This document shows positions 42,170 to 52,519 of a DNA stretch of 63,256 nt, piece by piece (positions within the stretch are counted from its first letter, which is position 1; every line of letters starts with the position of its first letter). Origin of the DNA: a virus; the IMG/VR virus record IMGVR_UViG_3300045988_135371, positions 1-63,256 of that record. The stretch is one strand, 5' to 3'. The notes under the pieces are model-generated. The model saw nothing but the letters and a program-made list of their open reading frames with translations, was not told the origin of the DNA and ran no database searches. Both the position numbers and the translations under genes were made by a program.

Positions 42170-44446
42170 TTAATAATATCTATCTACAGAACCATCAGAG
42201 TTGTAGAAAACCAAACCGTCTGCTGATAGCTTGCAATAAGGAGAGGTAAGTCTTACGAACTCTCTTATTATTATATACCCACCATAAGTATTGGATACCG
42301 TTTCAGTTCCCATTTCAATTGCAGCACCTAAATCCGTGTTTATACGAAATCCTTCATAATCTATTTTCACCCTACCTCTCCCATCAGTTAACCCGGCTTC
42401 TAAAGTGTCTACCTTTATGAAATTAGAGTTTAAATACCCGCCAACAATGATAGTACTTCCTAATTGAGATGCTTCAACTGCATCTTCGTATGCAAGTCCG
42501 CCAAGAGAGGACGATGAAACCTTCTCATTAATAGTGTTTTGTAAGGTGCTATTCAAGGAGTCAAATGTAACAGCTCCGGATATATCTATTTTTTCTGCAT
42601 TAATCTTAATTCCTTCATCTCCTAAATTTATGGCAGCGATAACTCCATTTTTAGGGGTGTATGCTTCTAAATTGATTTTATTGGCATTTATAACTATTCC
42701 TTCATCACTGACGTTTATAGAATTAATGATGTCGTCCTTTTTAACGAATAATGAAATTTCATCATTTATTCCGTCAATTTTAATACCCAACTCTTTTACA
42801 CTGTCTCCGATTTCGGAAACAGACAACTCAATGCTATCAGACCGCTGTTCAATCTGTGAGAACCTTTGATTGTTGCTTTCAGAAAGCTCCTTTACTTCCA
42901 ACCTGATACTTTCCGCAGTCTGCTTTATTTCGGAACTCAATTTAGTATACAAATCCTCGAATGCGTTTTCGGCAAGAGCCAACGAATGTATGTATATGTC
43001 CCCCGTAAACTTCAATTCAAAATCGCCCGTTCCGTCCCATGTGCCGGAATACTCCTTCATTGTATATTCCTCACTCGGTTCAAGATGTTCTGTGAAATGC
43101 AGGTTCTGACCGGGAAAGCCTATCGTAAGTGTTCCGGCTGTAGCTACCTTATACCGGAAAGAGATAAAGAACTTCTTCGGTTCTTCTCCTTCCTCATAGG
43201 TCGGCTTATTGGCTAAATCAGCATTTGACTGTTTTATTCCGGAAGAAAGAATACGAAGCACGTTTCTGTCTCCATATCGTACTACTGCCGCCATAGCATC
43301 CTTACGGGAATAGAACTCCCCATTCACCAATAAGAATTTTCCGTTTACGGTGAAAAAGTGAATGTCGTTCTTCGCTTCCCAACCGTTCGTATTGGATGCG
43401 AATGCCGAGTTGTACAGGTAGTTATCCTCTGCCTGTATTTCGTCAAGCACTTTGGAGATTTCCGAATAAATAAGGTCTTCCAATATCTTGAACTGGGTCA
43501 TAATATTTATGCCGGTCTTCAAAATAAAGTCACCCATGAACTTGTTACCTTGCGGACTGATAACCGTCACTTCCTTGCCCGCCATTGAATAGGAATCTAT
43601 TCCGGCGTATTGATGAATACTTGGCGCATCATCGCCATACACAGACAAGGTGATTGCGTTCTGACGCTTCTTGTCTGTGCGGTTACCGAGCTGTACGAGG
43701 CTGTCACCTTCCTGCGGTATGTCGCTGTTTGCATCGCAGTCCGTCTTGCTAAGGTCTATGTAATCCTCGCCGACACCTACGCATAAACGCCAATAATAAC
43801 GGTTGGACACATTCTCATAGACACCCGGCTTGATATTGAAGTCTTGAAACCGCACCTGGTCGCCTTCATTGAACGGGTTTTCAATAGCCGTCTCCCCATC
43901 ATCAACCAGCAGATAGCACCGCCAAAAATCCTCGTGTTCCTCAACCTTGCCGCATTTCATTCCAGCAGCGGTGAACATGTAGTTACCCCCTGCATAAGAA
44001 AGCTTCTTTATCTCCAGCTCAGAGAACATCGCTTTGATGCGGACAGACAGTTCATCTACTTCAATATAGGATTTACCCGTCTTGCTGTCTACTTTGATGA
44101 CAAACCCCTCACCGAGAGCACCGGAAGAAAAGTTCATGGACTGGATGTAGTCTGAAAACAATCCGCCTAAGAACTTTATTAAAAATCCTGCTTCGTCTGG
44201 CCTGTCCTTTCTTATAAAGAACTTTGATAGAGCCTCTATATCAAGAGCCTTAAAGTAGACAATCCGGTCGGCAGAAGTTCTGATAAACAATGCAGGGTCG
44301 GCATCTGCAACACAGATATATATTTCCCCAATATTTAACCCTTGCAGATGCTCTTCGTCACTCGGAGATAAAGCAGGGGGTATCGCCTGATGGTTTTCAT
44401 CAAGTGCGTCACCAAACCACAATATTTTACTAACCCGCTTTTTCAT
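42170..44446 (-). CDS. Large tail/baseplate structural protein
   Basis: 758 aa, in the tail module, ATGA overlap with the upstream gene. Confidence 0.6.
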   Translation of the reverse strand: MKKRVSKILWFGDALDENHQAIPPALSPSDEEHLQGLNIGEIYICVADADPALFIRTSADRIVYFKALDIEALSKFFIRKDRPDEAGFLIKFLGGLFSDYIQSMNFSSGALGEGFVIKVDSKTGKSYIEVDELSVRIKAMFSELEIKKLSYAGGNYMFTAAGMKCGKVEEHEDFWRCYLLVDDGETAIENPFNEGDQVRFQDFNIKPGVYENVSNRYYWRLCVGVGEDYIDLSKTDCDANSDIPQEGDSLVQLGNRTDKKRQNAITLSVYGDDAPSIHQYAGIDSYSMAGKEVTVISPQGNKFMGDFILKTGINIMTQFKILEDLIYSEISKVLDEIQAEDNYLYNSAFASNTNGWEAKNDIHFFTVNGKFLLVNGEFYSRKDAMAAVVRYGDRNVLRILSSGIKQSNADLANKPTYEEGEEPKKFFISFRYKVATAGTLTIGFPGQNLHFTEHLEPSEEYTMKEYSGTWDGTGDFELKFTGDIYIHSLALAENAFEDLYTKLSSEIKQTAESIRLEVKELSESNNQRFSQIEQRSDSIELSVSEIGDSVKELGIKIDGINDEISLFVKKDDIINSINVSDEGIVINANKINLEAYTPKNGVIAAINLGDEGIKINAEKIDISGAVTFDSLNSTLQNTINEKVSSSSLGGLAYEDAVEASQLGSTIIVGGYLNSNFIKVDTLEAGLTDGRGRVKIDYEGFRINTDLGAAIEMGTETVSNTYGGYIIIREFVRLTSPYCKLSADGLVFYNSDGSVDRYY

Positions 44447-45321
44447 ACTTCAACTTTATCAACATTAGTAAATGCAGCTTTCTCCGCACTGAATTGTAAC
44501 ATTTCCCCATCTTTGGCATGGTCTATCAGAAATGCAGGGAAAGAGGCGGAAGAACCCGCTTCAGGAGAGCCGCCGATACCCGCAATGTCGTTATTCTGTA
44601 ATTCAAGAGCCATGCTTATTTGGAATAATTGGCTATCTTCAATAACTTGCGTCATTTCAGGCACAGAACTTTCCGAACGGACATATCTTGTTCCATCAAT
44701 TTCCACCATAGAAAGGCATAGGATACGGTTTATGTGTTTTGCGAACCAATAAGGAACACCGCTCGAATTTCCTATCGTAAGATTATACACATCATAGGGC
44801 ACTGCATATAATTCTTCTATTTCCTGCATTTGATTACGGTATTGCTCGTTATCTATCTGAGACGAATATCCGTTCGGCTTAAAACCAGCTTCTACACGAA
44901 AATTAAATATCTGCTGAATATCATCAATCCAGAATATATTATCAAAAGAGGAATTGTTACTTTTATGAGAATAACGAATAAGTACTGTTTCCTCTAATAG
45001 AGCGTCAGAGGAACATACGATAAAAGGTTCTGAGGTACTTCCATTGATTGTTACTGTATATACGGCATCTTCCAATTCCCGAAGAATGGCGTAATACATC
45101 ACTACGTTATCATTGTGATTATATGTAGAAAGTGGTATTGATGTGGAATTGCCAGTTGCAAGGTCGTTTAGGCTCGCTGATACTTCCTCTGAAGCATTAG
45201 CAAATACCTGTATATGGATTTTGTCAGAAGAGTGAAACTTCTGAATATAGTCCATATCAAGCCCAAACTTATCTTTTATAGGTGAGAAAAAAAGAGGGCA
45301 AACATCACCAACTTTTACCAT
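44443..45321 (-). CDS. Tail/baseplate structural protein
   Basis: 292 aa. First gene after a repeated late promoter. Confidence 0.55.
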   Translation of the reverse strand: MVKVGDVCPLFFSPIKDKFGLDMDYIQKFHSSDKIHIQVFANASEEVSASLNDLATGNSTSIPLSTYNHNDNVVMYYAILRELEDAVYTVTINGSTSEPFIVCSSDALLEETVLIRYSHKSNNSSFDNIFWIDDIQQIFNFRVEAGFKPNGYSSQIDNEQYRNQMQEIEELYAVPYDVYNLTIGNSSGVPYWFAKHINRILCLSMVEIDGTRYVRSESSVPEMTQVIEDSQLFQISMALELQNNDIAGIGGSPEAGSSASFPAFLIDHAKDGEMLQFSAEKAAFTNVDKVEV

Positions 45322-45368
45322 GTCTTTTCGTCCTTTTTACAGTGACGTGTAACTTCACACATCTTGCG

Positions 45369-45400
45369 CAAATATACACACTATTTAGACTAATTCCAAA
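45369..45400 (-). promoter_or_regulatory. Late promoter copy P1 (-33 TTTG, -7 TATATTTG on the minus strand)
   Basis: Minus strand reads TTATTTGGAATTAGTCTAAATAGTGTGTATATTTGC with a 20-nt spacer. A 22-nt block is identical to P2. Confidence 0.65.
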
Positions 45401-45418
45401 TAATTATTTTAAAAATAA

Positions 45419-47380
45419 TCAATTCACATCCTTTACTATCAAAATATATTTTACCGCTTCCGGTCTGCCGTAGTTATAGCTTGCACTTTTTACATAACCT
45501 TTATAAATATGCCCGTTCTTCTCTACCCGAATATAGCCGGATAAGTCGGAAGGAGTTTCCAAATCGCCAGTTTCAACGGACAATTCACCCACCGAGAATA
45601 ATCTGCTGCCTAATACAAAATCGTCTTTCACGCTCTCCCCATTGAACGAGACATCGCTATTCCCGTCAGATGAAGCGAAATTGAGTGTCTGGGCAAATGC
45701 AGCTAAAAAACCTTTATTGGCATCAATCATATAGAAAGGCGCATACATAACGTTAAACATAGTGGAAGGCGATATAACCCCTGAAACGTTCCACCGAATA
45801 AGCTTGTACTTTGAATCGCTAAGTAAAGCTCCTACAAAGAACACGTCGTTATCACTGTCGCTATCGGTAGTCTTTTCTCCCTGTTTTGCAGCAAGGAACT
45901 CAAATCCGTATGCATCTGCACGGTAAGGGCTTATCATCTCAAAAACATTATCAGTCAGTGTAACTCCCGTAGTGTATTCATTTGTAAAATGAAACTCATC
46001 ACGCCCATTTACGCTGTCATAATCCTGCTTGTCATATCCGACTTTTACCCTTGAATAAACCATTGATGAATCTACATTATATGAAAAGTCTGTAACAGCA
46101 TCCCCTAAATCTTTAACTTCCCTGTCTTGAAATAGGGTATCACGAGGCACAAATGTAACCTTGTTCTCACCGATTACAGGCACAAACCCGAAAACGGCAC
46201 TCATCCAATTTGCAAATTTCGTGTATGAGGTATATACCTTTGCTTTTTCCAACCCTCTTATACTTTCTGCCGGAACAATCAATGCGTTGTTTATACCGAT
46301 ATATAAATTGGGATTATCGGGCACAGCTATTTCTCCTATGACACCCTCCTTTATAGACCGAAGCAATCTGTTTAATAAAGTAACAGGCTTAATTACATCC
46401 ACATCTATCGGCTTATCCCTTGCAATAAATTCTATCGTCATTGGAATAGTCATGTTGGATAAGGTCACGGTTACATTCCCGCCGGTAGTCGTTTTTACCG
46501 CATGGAAAAATAAGGATAATTTTTCTCCCGGTTCCAATGTAACCGTCTTGTCTATATCAACAGTATGTACAGTCGGGTTTCTATCAGGAAGAGAGAGATT
46601 GTATACATTTGTGTGATTTCCGCTTTTATCTATTTTATGTAATACCAATTCTGATACGAACAATCGATGCGCTATATCAAATTTACACTTAACGGAAACA
46701 GTCAGCGGCCTTGCGGATATATTATCAAAGAAATAAGGAAATTTATTTTTTACACTGAGTTCATTCTCTTTTTCTGTTATCTTCTCATATTCCACATCAT
46801 CAACTTCTATTATGTTTTTAACGGCAATTTCCGGATTTCCTTTTATATAAAGCGGAACCATATAAAAATCTTTCCCGTTACTTGCCGTAAAATCATAGAC
46901 AATATCACTACTGTCGCTTTGGCTGGGTATAAGCCATTCTATATGGCTTGTCATTTCCAACCTATCATAGTAAAGAGGGGTACTATCTTTCAATTCACTA
47001 ACCGGATATTCATACTGCGTACCTTTCTTGGACTTAATCAAGCTTGCGAGGCTGTTATCAACGGCATTTATTTCGCACGTTGTATTGCTATATGTGAATG
47101 TAGAGAAGTCAAGCGCACATCTGAACTTTTCGTTGAGAAGCCATGAGTTATTACGTATATAGAACACTATTGTGGCGGAAGAATTTAAATACTGCTCCAG
47201 ATATTCTTTCAGCAACAATGAAAAAGCCCCGTTAGCAAACTCAAATTTTGTGGAAAAACTGCGGACTACCCCGTCATAGTCTCCTCTTTTGAACGACATT
47301 TCCACATCAGCCCAATTTACAAGTTCATTCGTAGCATCATACGCCATTCCGTTTACCAATAACTCACATCTGTAATACAT
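45419..47380 (-). CDS. Tail protein (distal tail / tail-tip region)
   Basis: 653 aa, downstream of the tape measure. Confidence 0.6.
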   Translation of the reverse strand: MYYRCELLVNGMAYDATNELVNWADVEMSFKRGDYDGVVRSFSTKFEFANGAFSLLLKEYLEQYLNSSATIVFYIRNNSWLLNEKFRCALDFSTFTYSNTTCEINAVDNSLASLIKSKKGTQYEYPVSELKDSTPLYYDRLEMTSHIEWLIPSQSDSSDIVYDFTASNGKDFYMVPLYIKGNPEIAVKNIIEVDDVEYEKITEKENELSVKNKFPYFFDNISARPLTVSVKCKFDIAHRLFVSELVLHKIDKSGNHTNVYNLSLPDRNPTVHTVDIDKTVTLEPGEKLSLFFHAVKTTTGGNVTVTLSNMTIPMTIEFIARDKPIDVDVIKPVTLLNRLLRSIKEGVIGEIAVPDNPNLYIGINNALIVPAESIRGLEKAKVYTSYTKFANWMSAVFGFVPVIGENKVTFVPRDTLFQDREVKDLGDAVTDFSYNVDSSMVYSRVKVGYDKQDYDSVNGRDEFHFTNEYTTGVTLTDNVFEMISPYRADAYGFEFLAAKQGEKTTDSDSDNDVFFVGALLSDSKYKLIRWNVSGVISPSTMFNVMYAPFYMIDANKGFLAAFAQTLNFASSDGNSDVSFNGESVKDDFVLGSRLFSVGELSVETGDLETPSDLSGYIRVEKNGHIYKGYVKSASYNYGRPEAVKYILIVKDVN

Positions 47381-47382
47381 AC

Positions 47383-47961
47383 TTATTTCTTTTTTGAAGT
47401 TGAACGTATCATAGCATCTATATCATCACACATACGCCTAACCATATAGGCATATTCTTTAGCAGAAAACGTACTCTCGTCAATGTGCATTTTTACATAA
47501 GACATCAACGAAACACGTTCTTTGGTAAAGTATTCCCTATCCATTTTTGTTTTCCCCATATCGGAAGATGTTTCAGCTAATTTTACAAGGCGATATTTAT
47601 CAGAGGCGGAAACGCTGCTTATCCGGTTTCTTATCTTGTCGTGTTCGTCCTCTTTGAACTTATAGCCTAAAGTAGACATAACATCTACAACATCACTCCA
47701 ATCACCTGATAAAATCAGCCCTTCGCATACAGCAAGGCAGTTTAATCGAATTTGAATTTTAAGAATTTCGTTTCTCCGGCTTATCAAGAAAATTGTAGAT
47801 TTTCCGCCGACTATTGACAGATATTCGTTACACAGTTTCTCGGCGGCTAAAATCTTCTCTTTAGTACTATATTTACCACCTTGCACCACTTTATCAATGT
47901 CTCCCAAGAATATGTCTATAAAACGGGAAAGGCATATTTTATCCAAATCATTATATATCAT
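47383..47961 (-). CDS. Hypothetical tail-region protein
   Basis: 192 aa, directly after the tape measure. Confidence 0.5.
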   Translation of the reverse strand: MIYNDLDKICLSRFIDIFLGDIDKVVQGGKYSTKEKILAAEKLCNEYLSIVGGKSTIFLISRRNEILKIQIRLNCLAVCEGLILSGDWSDVVDVMSTLGYKFKEDEHDKIRNRISSVSASDKYRLVKLAETSSDMGKTKMDREYFTKERVSLMSYVKMHIDESTFSAKEYAYMVRRMCDDIDAMIRSTSKKK

Positions 47962-47964
47962 ATC

Positions 47965-50900
47965 TTATACTCTATTTGAAATCCAATTATAATCCGCACG
48001 TTGATTGGCTTTTTTCATCATTCTTCCGATGCTTTGCAATTGTTTGGTATTGCTTTCCATCTTCTTTTCAAGTCGGCTGTAATCATTGCTTACATTGACT
48101 ACAATTCCCTCTTCTCTCATATTTTTTAGTCGTTGCTCCAATAATCCGTAATCAGATGTAAGCCCTCTGCGGTCATAGATATATGACAAATCAGGGATTA
48201 CCTGTGCATGCGCCGGAAGGTCTACCAAAGTCGGCTTATCAGGAGTGATAAAAAGCCCGTTATCAGTAACAATCCCCTCTTTCTTGCCACCGTCACCGAC
48301 AATAGCCAAGCCGCCGGGGTGGTCTTTTGTTCCTTTGGCGTATTTGGGGATAGGCTGGGCGGCTATAATGGCAACTTGTGCGGCTCCCATAGCACCAACT
48401 AAAGCAGCAAGGACTAAATTAGGCAAAGCCTTTGTTATAGCTAAGGCTGTAGCTATTCCCGCCTGAACAATAGAATTGGCTTTATCCCATCTTGCTTGTT
48501 TTTCTTGTAATGCGGCCTTTTTCTTTTCAAGTTCCTCATTTTTAGCAGCTGTCTTATCCTCGGCTGCACGCTTGCGAAGCTCTGCTTCTTCCTTGGAGAT
48601 AGCCCCGTTCTCTTCAAGGGCTTCTATACGTTCTATTTCTTTATCGTATGCTTCATCATTGGCGTCCTGTTCTTTTTCAATATTTTCAATTCTCGCATCG
48701 TATATATCTGTCATTAACGAAGTTATTCCGTCAACAATTTTCCCTACACTTTTTAAAAGAGCTTCAAAACTTAATTTCCCGTTTTCTGCAACATCCGCAA
48801 TTATATCGGAAAGCCCTTCAAAAATCCCAGCTGTTTCACCAAGAGAATCTCTTGCGGCGCTATTCATTTCTAATAAACCTTCCTTGAATTTATCAGCCCA
48901 CTCCTCTCGCTTCTTATTTGCATCATCGTAGCTTATTCCGTCTATTTGCGCTTGCAGATTGACTAACCTATCTTCTAAATCCTGATATTTTTCATCAGCA
49001 GGGTCAAGTAATGACATCTCTGATTCAACTTCTTTTATAAGAGCCTGCAAACGTGCCTTAGAATACTTAACTCCAATATCATATAATTTCTTTTCGTAAT
49101 CCTCTTTACTTATTTCGCCTTCCGCATACTGCTTCTTTACAATATTAGCTTCTTCTAATGAAGACGTCTCTTGCCTGTCTACAATCCTATCTGTACTTGC
49201 CTCAATCAACCCAATCCTTTCTTGAAGATTTCTCATTATGAGAGAATTTTCCCGTTGCATGTACTTCATGCGTATCGCCACAACATCCTCTCCATTCTTT
49301 TCAGCGTCCTTTATTTCCGCATCACGCATCATATTATTGAGTTGTATTTGGAGATTAAGCCTTTTGTCTAATTCTTCATTCGAGTTTTCCCCAATGGAAG
49401 CCAATCTGTTTTCAAGATTTGTTTTTTCTATTTTAAGCAGTTCCTTATCGTACTTGTTGTTTACTTCCGCAATAGCCTTGTTTTTAAGTATTTCAAGGTT
49501 TTTCCGAAGTTCTATCTCTTTTTCGGAATTGCCTTTTATCTCTTTTATTTTGCCTTCATACTCCTTGTTGATTTCAGCTATCTCCCTTTCTCTACCGTCA
49601 GCAATCAATTCTATCCGGGATTTGGATAAGTCCTCTGTTATCCTCTTGATGTATTCAGCGTATTCTTCCGCTTTTCTTTTTTGCTCTTCATAAGCTTTAT
49701 CATTCTTACCTGGGTCATTAACCAATGCTGTAATATCAATAGAGGAAATGAGAGATTCTTGTCGTTTTTTTGCGTTGTCAATTTCCGTATTAGATATTGA
49801 TAATTTATCATTAATATCATCTACCTCATCCTTTAATCGCTTGATTCGGCTGCTATATGCAGCAATATAGTCCTTATTTTCTTCTTTCTTACTGTATTCT
49901 TCTAATTGATTTATTTCCTTTTGAATTTGATACCTATCTACAAGAAGTGAATTACGTTTACTCTCCATGTCAATAATTAATGAAGCACTTTCATATACCT
50001 TTTCGCTAATTGCTCTTGCTTGAGCTGTTGCAATAATTGCATTTTTAAGATTTTCGTATGATGTCGCTGCTTTTCCTGCTAATATTTGCTCTTTATCCAT
50101 GCCCTCAAAATAAGAAGGGTATTTATTTTGTAACTCGTCAACAGCGGCAATTCGCTCTTTCATAGAGCGTTTATTATTTTGTGTAGCATTGTATAACAAA
50201 TCCAACTCAGCTCTTTCCTTAACGCTATCAGAAATTCCCTTTCTCCGAGCATCTTCCAATTGTTTATAGGCGCTTGTTGTTTCTTCAAGCGCCTTTTTGC
50301 CCTTGAACAAACTTGCGACCCAGCCAATAACCTCATTCCCGTATGCAGACAGAAGTGTGATGCCTATTACCAACGCAGACTGCCAAGAAAACAAGCTCCC
50401 CAATAGCTGTTTCCAAACTGGAACAGCTTCTTTACCCTGCGCTTTCAAGGACTTAAACTCTTCACTTGCTCTTTTAAGCTCATCCGCAAACATGGGTAAG
50501 TTATTGGAAATAGCAAGGAAAAACTGATTGAAACTCATTGTTAAAGATGGTAGCTCTCGTAATAATTGATGTGTCTGTACGTTCAATCCGTTCCACAAAG
50601 ATGCATAATTCCCCACGTTCCTCTGATAATTGCCAAATTTGGCGTCAATTTCCTTTAACTTATCGTTTAAAGCGTTGGCCTGAGTTATTAAATTCTTTCC
50701 GATATTACTTTCCCGGTCAGCTTCACTTAAGGCCTTATATCGCTTCTGCAATTCGAGCATGGCGGCATTCATTTCATAATAGCTGCCGGAAGCTGAAATA
50801 ATTGCCGTGGAATGATTTTTTATCAAAGCTGAATATTGTTGATTTTGCGCCATCAGTTCCGTGTGCCTCTGTTTTAATAGCGAAGACTGCCTTATATATT

Positions 50901-51537
50901 CAGACAAAGTAATTTCCCCGTCTTTATAAGATTTTCCAAGAGCTTTAATATCTGCATCAATCTTTTTCATAGCCTCTTTATTGGCTATGGTATCAGCCGT
51001 TAACTTAGTAACTTCGCCATCATACGCTTGTACCGTATCAATAATAGCGGTATAGCTCATATTTGCCGCCTGCAATTGAGTGGATGCCTGGCTCATTATA
51101 TTACTTGCTGTTTGGGTGCTTTTAGCCGCATTATCCTGCGCCGAAGACACCTGGTTGGATGCGGAAGATAATCCGGCAAGCATATCACTTGCATTCTTGA
51201 TATTTTTGGCGAACTGTTCGAACAAAAGATTTAACTTTTGCAAAGATGACATTGAATTTAGTTGCTGGGATACTTGACGTAGCACGGTAAGTTGTTTCGC
51301 CTGAATAGATGCCATATTTTCCTGCGTCTTATTCAATTTCTCCAACAGCGAGGTATAATTACGTGCTTTTTGGGAAAGTTCATCAAATGTTTTGGGATTA
51401 GTTTTTACTCCTTGCGCCAACTCCTTAGCAAGCTCCACATAAGACCCTTTTGTACTATCAAATTCAAGACGGAGTTCCTTTAATTGTTGTACGGCTTTTT
51501 TGTCGACTACATCGGTAATTACATATTCGTTTGCCAT
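47965..51537 (-). CDS. Tape measure protein
   Basis: 1190 aa, long coiled coils with internal hydrophobic segments (LGSLFSWQSALVIGITLLSAYG, LVLAALVGAMGAAQVAIIAA). Confidence 0.85.
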   Translation of the reverse strand: MANEYVITDVVDKKAVQQLKELRLEFDSTKGSYVELAKELAQGVKTNPKTFDELSQKARNYTSLLEKLNKTQENMASIQAKQLTVLRQVSQQLNSMSSLQKLNLLFEQFAKNIKNASDMLAGLSSASNQVSSAQDNAAKSTQTASNIMSQASTQLQAANMSYTAIIDTVQAYDGEVTKLTADTIANKEAMKKIDADIKALGKSYKDGEITLSEYIRQSSLLKQRHTELMAQNQQYSALIKNHSTAIISASGSYYEMNAAMLELQKRYKALSEADRESNIGKNLITQANALNDKLKEIDAKFGNYQRNVGNYASLWNGLNVQTHQLLRELPSLTMSFNQFFLAISNNLPMFADELKRASEEFKSLKAQGKEAVPVWKQLLGSLFSWQSALVIGITLLSAYGNEVIGWVASLFKGKKALEETTSAYKQLEDARRKGISDSVKERAELDLLYNATQNNKRSMKERIAAVDELQNKYPSYFEGMDKEQILAGKAATSYENLKNAIIATAQARAISEKVYESASLIIDMESKRNSLLVDRYQIQKEINQLEEYSKKEENKDYIAAYSSRIKRLKDEVDDINDKLSISNTEIDNAKKRQESLISSIDITALVNDPGKNDKAYEEQKRKAEEYAEYIKRITEDLSKSRIELIADGREREIAEINKEYEGKIKEIKGNSEKEIELRKNLEILKNKAIAEVNNKYDKELLKIEKTNLENRLASIGENSNEELDKRLNLQIQLNNMMRDAEIKDAEKNGEDVVAIRMKYMQRENSLIMRNLQERIGLIEASTDRIVDRQETSSLEEANIVKKQYAEGEISKEDYEKKLYDIGVKYSKARLQALIKEVESEMSLLDPADEKYQDLEDRLVNLQAQIDGISYDDANKKREEWADKFKEGLLEMNSAARDSLGETAGIFEGLSDIIADVAENGKLSFEALLKSVGKIVDGITSLMTDIYDARIENIEKEQDANDEAYDKEIERIEALEENGAISKEEAELRKRAAEDKTAAKNEELEKKKAALQEKQARWDKANSIVQAGIATALAITKALPNLVLAALVGAMGAAQVAIIAAQPIPKYAKGTKDHPGGLAIVGDGGKKEGIVTDNGLFITPDKPTLVDLPAHAQVIPDLSYIYDRRGLTSDYGLLEQRLKNMREEGIVVNVSNDYSRLEKKMESNTKQLQSIGRMMKKANQRADYNWISNRV

Positions 51538-51579
51538 AAGTCCTAATATTGGGTGTCATGCAACATCACATGATAATGC

Positions 51580-51611
51580 AAAGATATAAAATTATTTAGA
51601 ATTTGTCTAAA
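51580..51611 (-). promoter_or_regulatory. Late promoter copy P3 (weaker, -7 TATCTTTG)
   Basis: Minus strand reads TAATTTAGACAAATTCTAAATAATTTTATATCTTTGC and shares TCTAAATA and the -7 box with P1/P2. Lies upstream of the tape measure. Confidence 0.45.
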
Positions 51612-51692
51612 TTACGCTCCTATATTTACAATCTCTTGCAAGTACAAAAACAAGTACCTATATTTGTATTAAACAATAGAAACAAGTAGATT

Positions 51693-51953
51693 ATGAGAAC
51701 AGCTAACTATTCAGAACTAAGGAATAACCTTAAGCACTATCTTGACGGTGTGATAAATGACAGTGAGCCGTTGCTGGTACATCGTTCAGGTAGCGAAAGC
51801 GTGGTTGTAATATCGCTGGACGAATACAACTCCATTAAGGAGACCGAGTATATAATGAAATCCCCCGCAATGATGGATATTATACGCAAGGGGAAAGAAG
51901 AAATCGAGAAGGGAAAAGGGAAGCCTGTAAAAATTGAAGAATTATGGAAATAG
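51693..51953 (+). CDS. yefM: YefM/Phd-family antitoxin
   Basis: MRTANYSELRNNLKHYLDGVINDSEPLLVHRSG...VVISLDEYNSIKETEYIM. Confidence 0.9.
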   Translation: MRTANYSELRNNLKHYLDGVINDSEPLLVHRSGSESVVVISLDEYNSIKETEYIMKSPAMMDIIRKGKEEIEKGKGKPVKIEELWK

Positions 51954-52216
51954 TCTTTCTTGAACAGGCTGAAAAAGACCGGGAATATTGGAAAAAGTCG
52001 GGAAATAAGGCTATTATGAATAGAATAACAGCCTTGCTTGAAGACATTATAGCTCATCCATATACAGGAATAGGCAAGCCTGAGCCTTTAAAATATGAAC
52101 TGGCAGGATGCTGGTCTCGAAGAATAAATTCCGAGCATCGCATCATCTATTCAGTCAATGACGAGATAATCACAGTCTACGTACTCTCTATGAGGTATCA
52201 CTATGGTAAAAAATAA
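51944..52216 (+). CDS. yoeB: YoeB/Txe-family toxin
   Basis: GIGKPEPLKYELAGCWSRRINSEHRIIYSV...MRYHY closely follows E. coli YoeB. Confidence 0.95.
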   Translation: MEIVFLEQAEKDREYWKKSGNKAIMNRITALLEDIIAHPYTGIGKPEPLKYELAGCWSRRINSEHRIIYSVNDEIITVYVLSMRYHYGKK

Positions 52217-52245
52217 AGCCCTAAACGGGATGGTTTAGGGCTTTT
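52215..52245. terminator. Bidirectional terminator hairpin
   Basis: 12-bp stem AAAGCCCTAAAC/GTTTAGGGCTTT flanked by A and T tracts. Confidence 0.65.
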
Positions 52246-52247
52246 AT

Positions 52248-52481
52248 TCATTTCTCCATAAACTCTTTCAATCTATACAACCTATCAATCGCCGGATTAT
52301 AAAACGGGTCGGGGAAATGCTGGTTTATATCGTGTATATTCGCTTGTATGTACTTCTGAACATCTAATATATTCTCCGATTCGCTCAACTCTATTTGAGC
52401 GGGCAATTGAGCTGTTAAAGCCCAATGAACGATAGCCTTTACACTATCCTCATCGTATGCGTATTTACTTTCTTGTGCCAT
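52248..52481 (-). CDS. Hypothetical protein
   Basis: 77-aa ORF. Confidence 0.45.
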   Translation of the reverse strand: MAQESKYAYDEDSVKAIVHWALTAQLPAQIELSESENILDVQKYIQANIHDINQHFPDPFYNPAIDRLYRLKEFMEK

Positions 52482-52519
52482 ATAAGAGTATTTTTCAGCA
52501 AAGATATATTTTCTCTAAA

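Noticed and set aside
48208-51483. Many 60-150-aa plus-strand ORFs inside the tape measure gene, and similar ORFs inside the fibre, portal and terminase genes
   Set aside because: These are shadow ORFs of long minus-strand genes with low-complexity Ser/Leu/Ala content.
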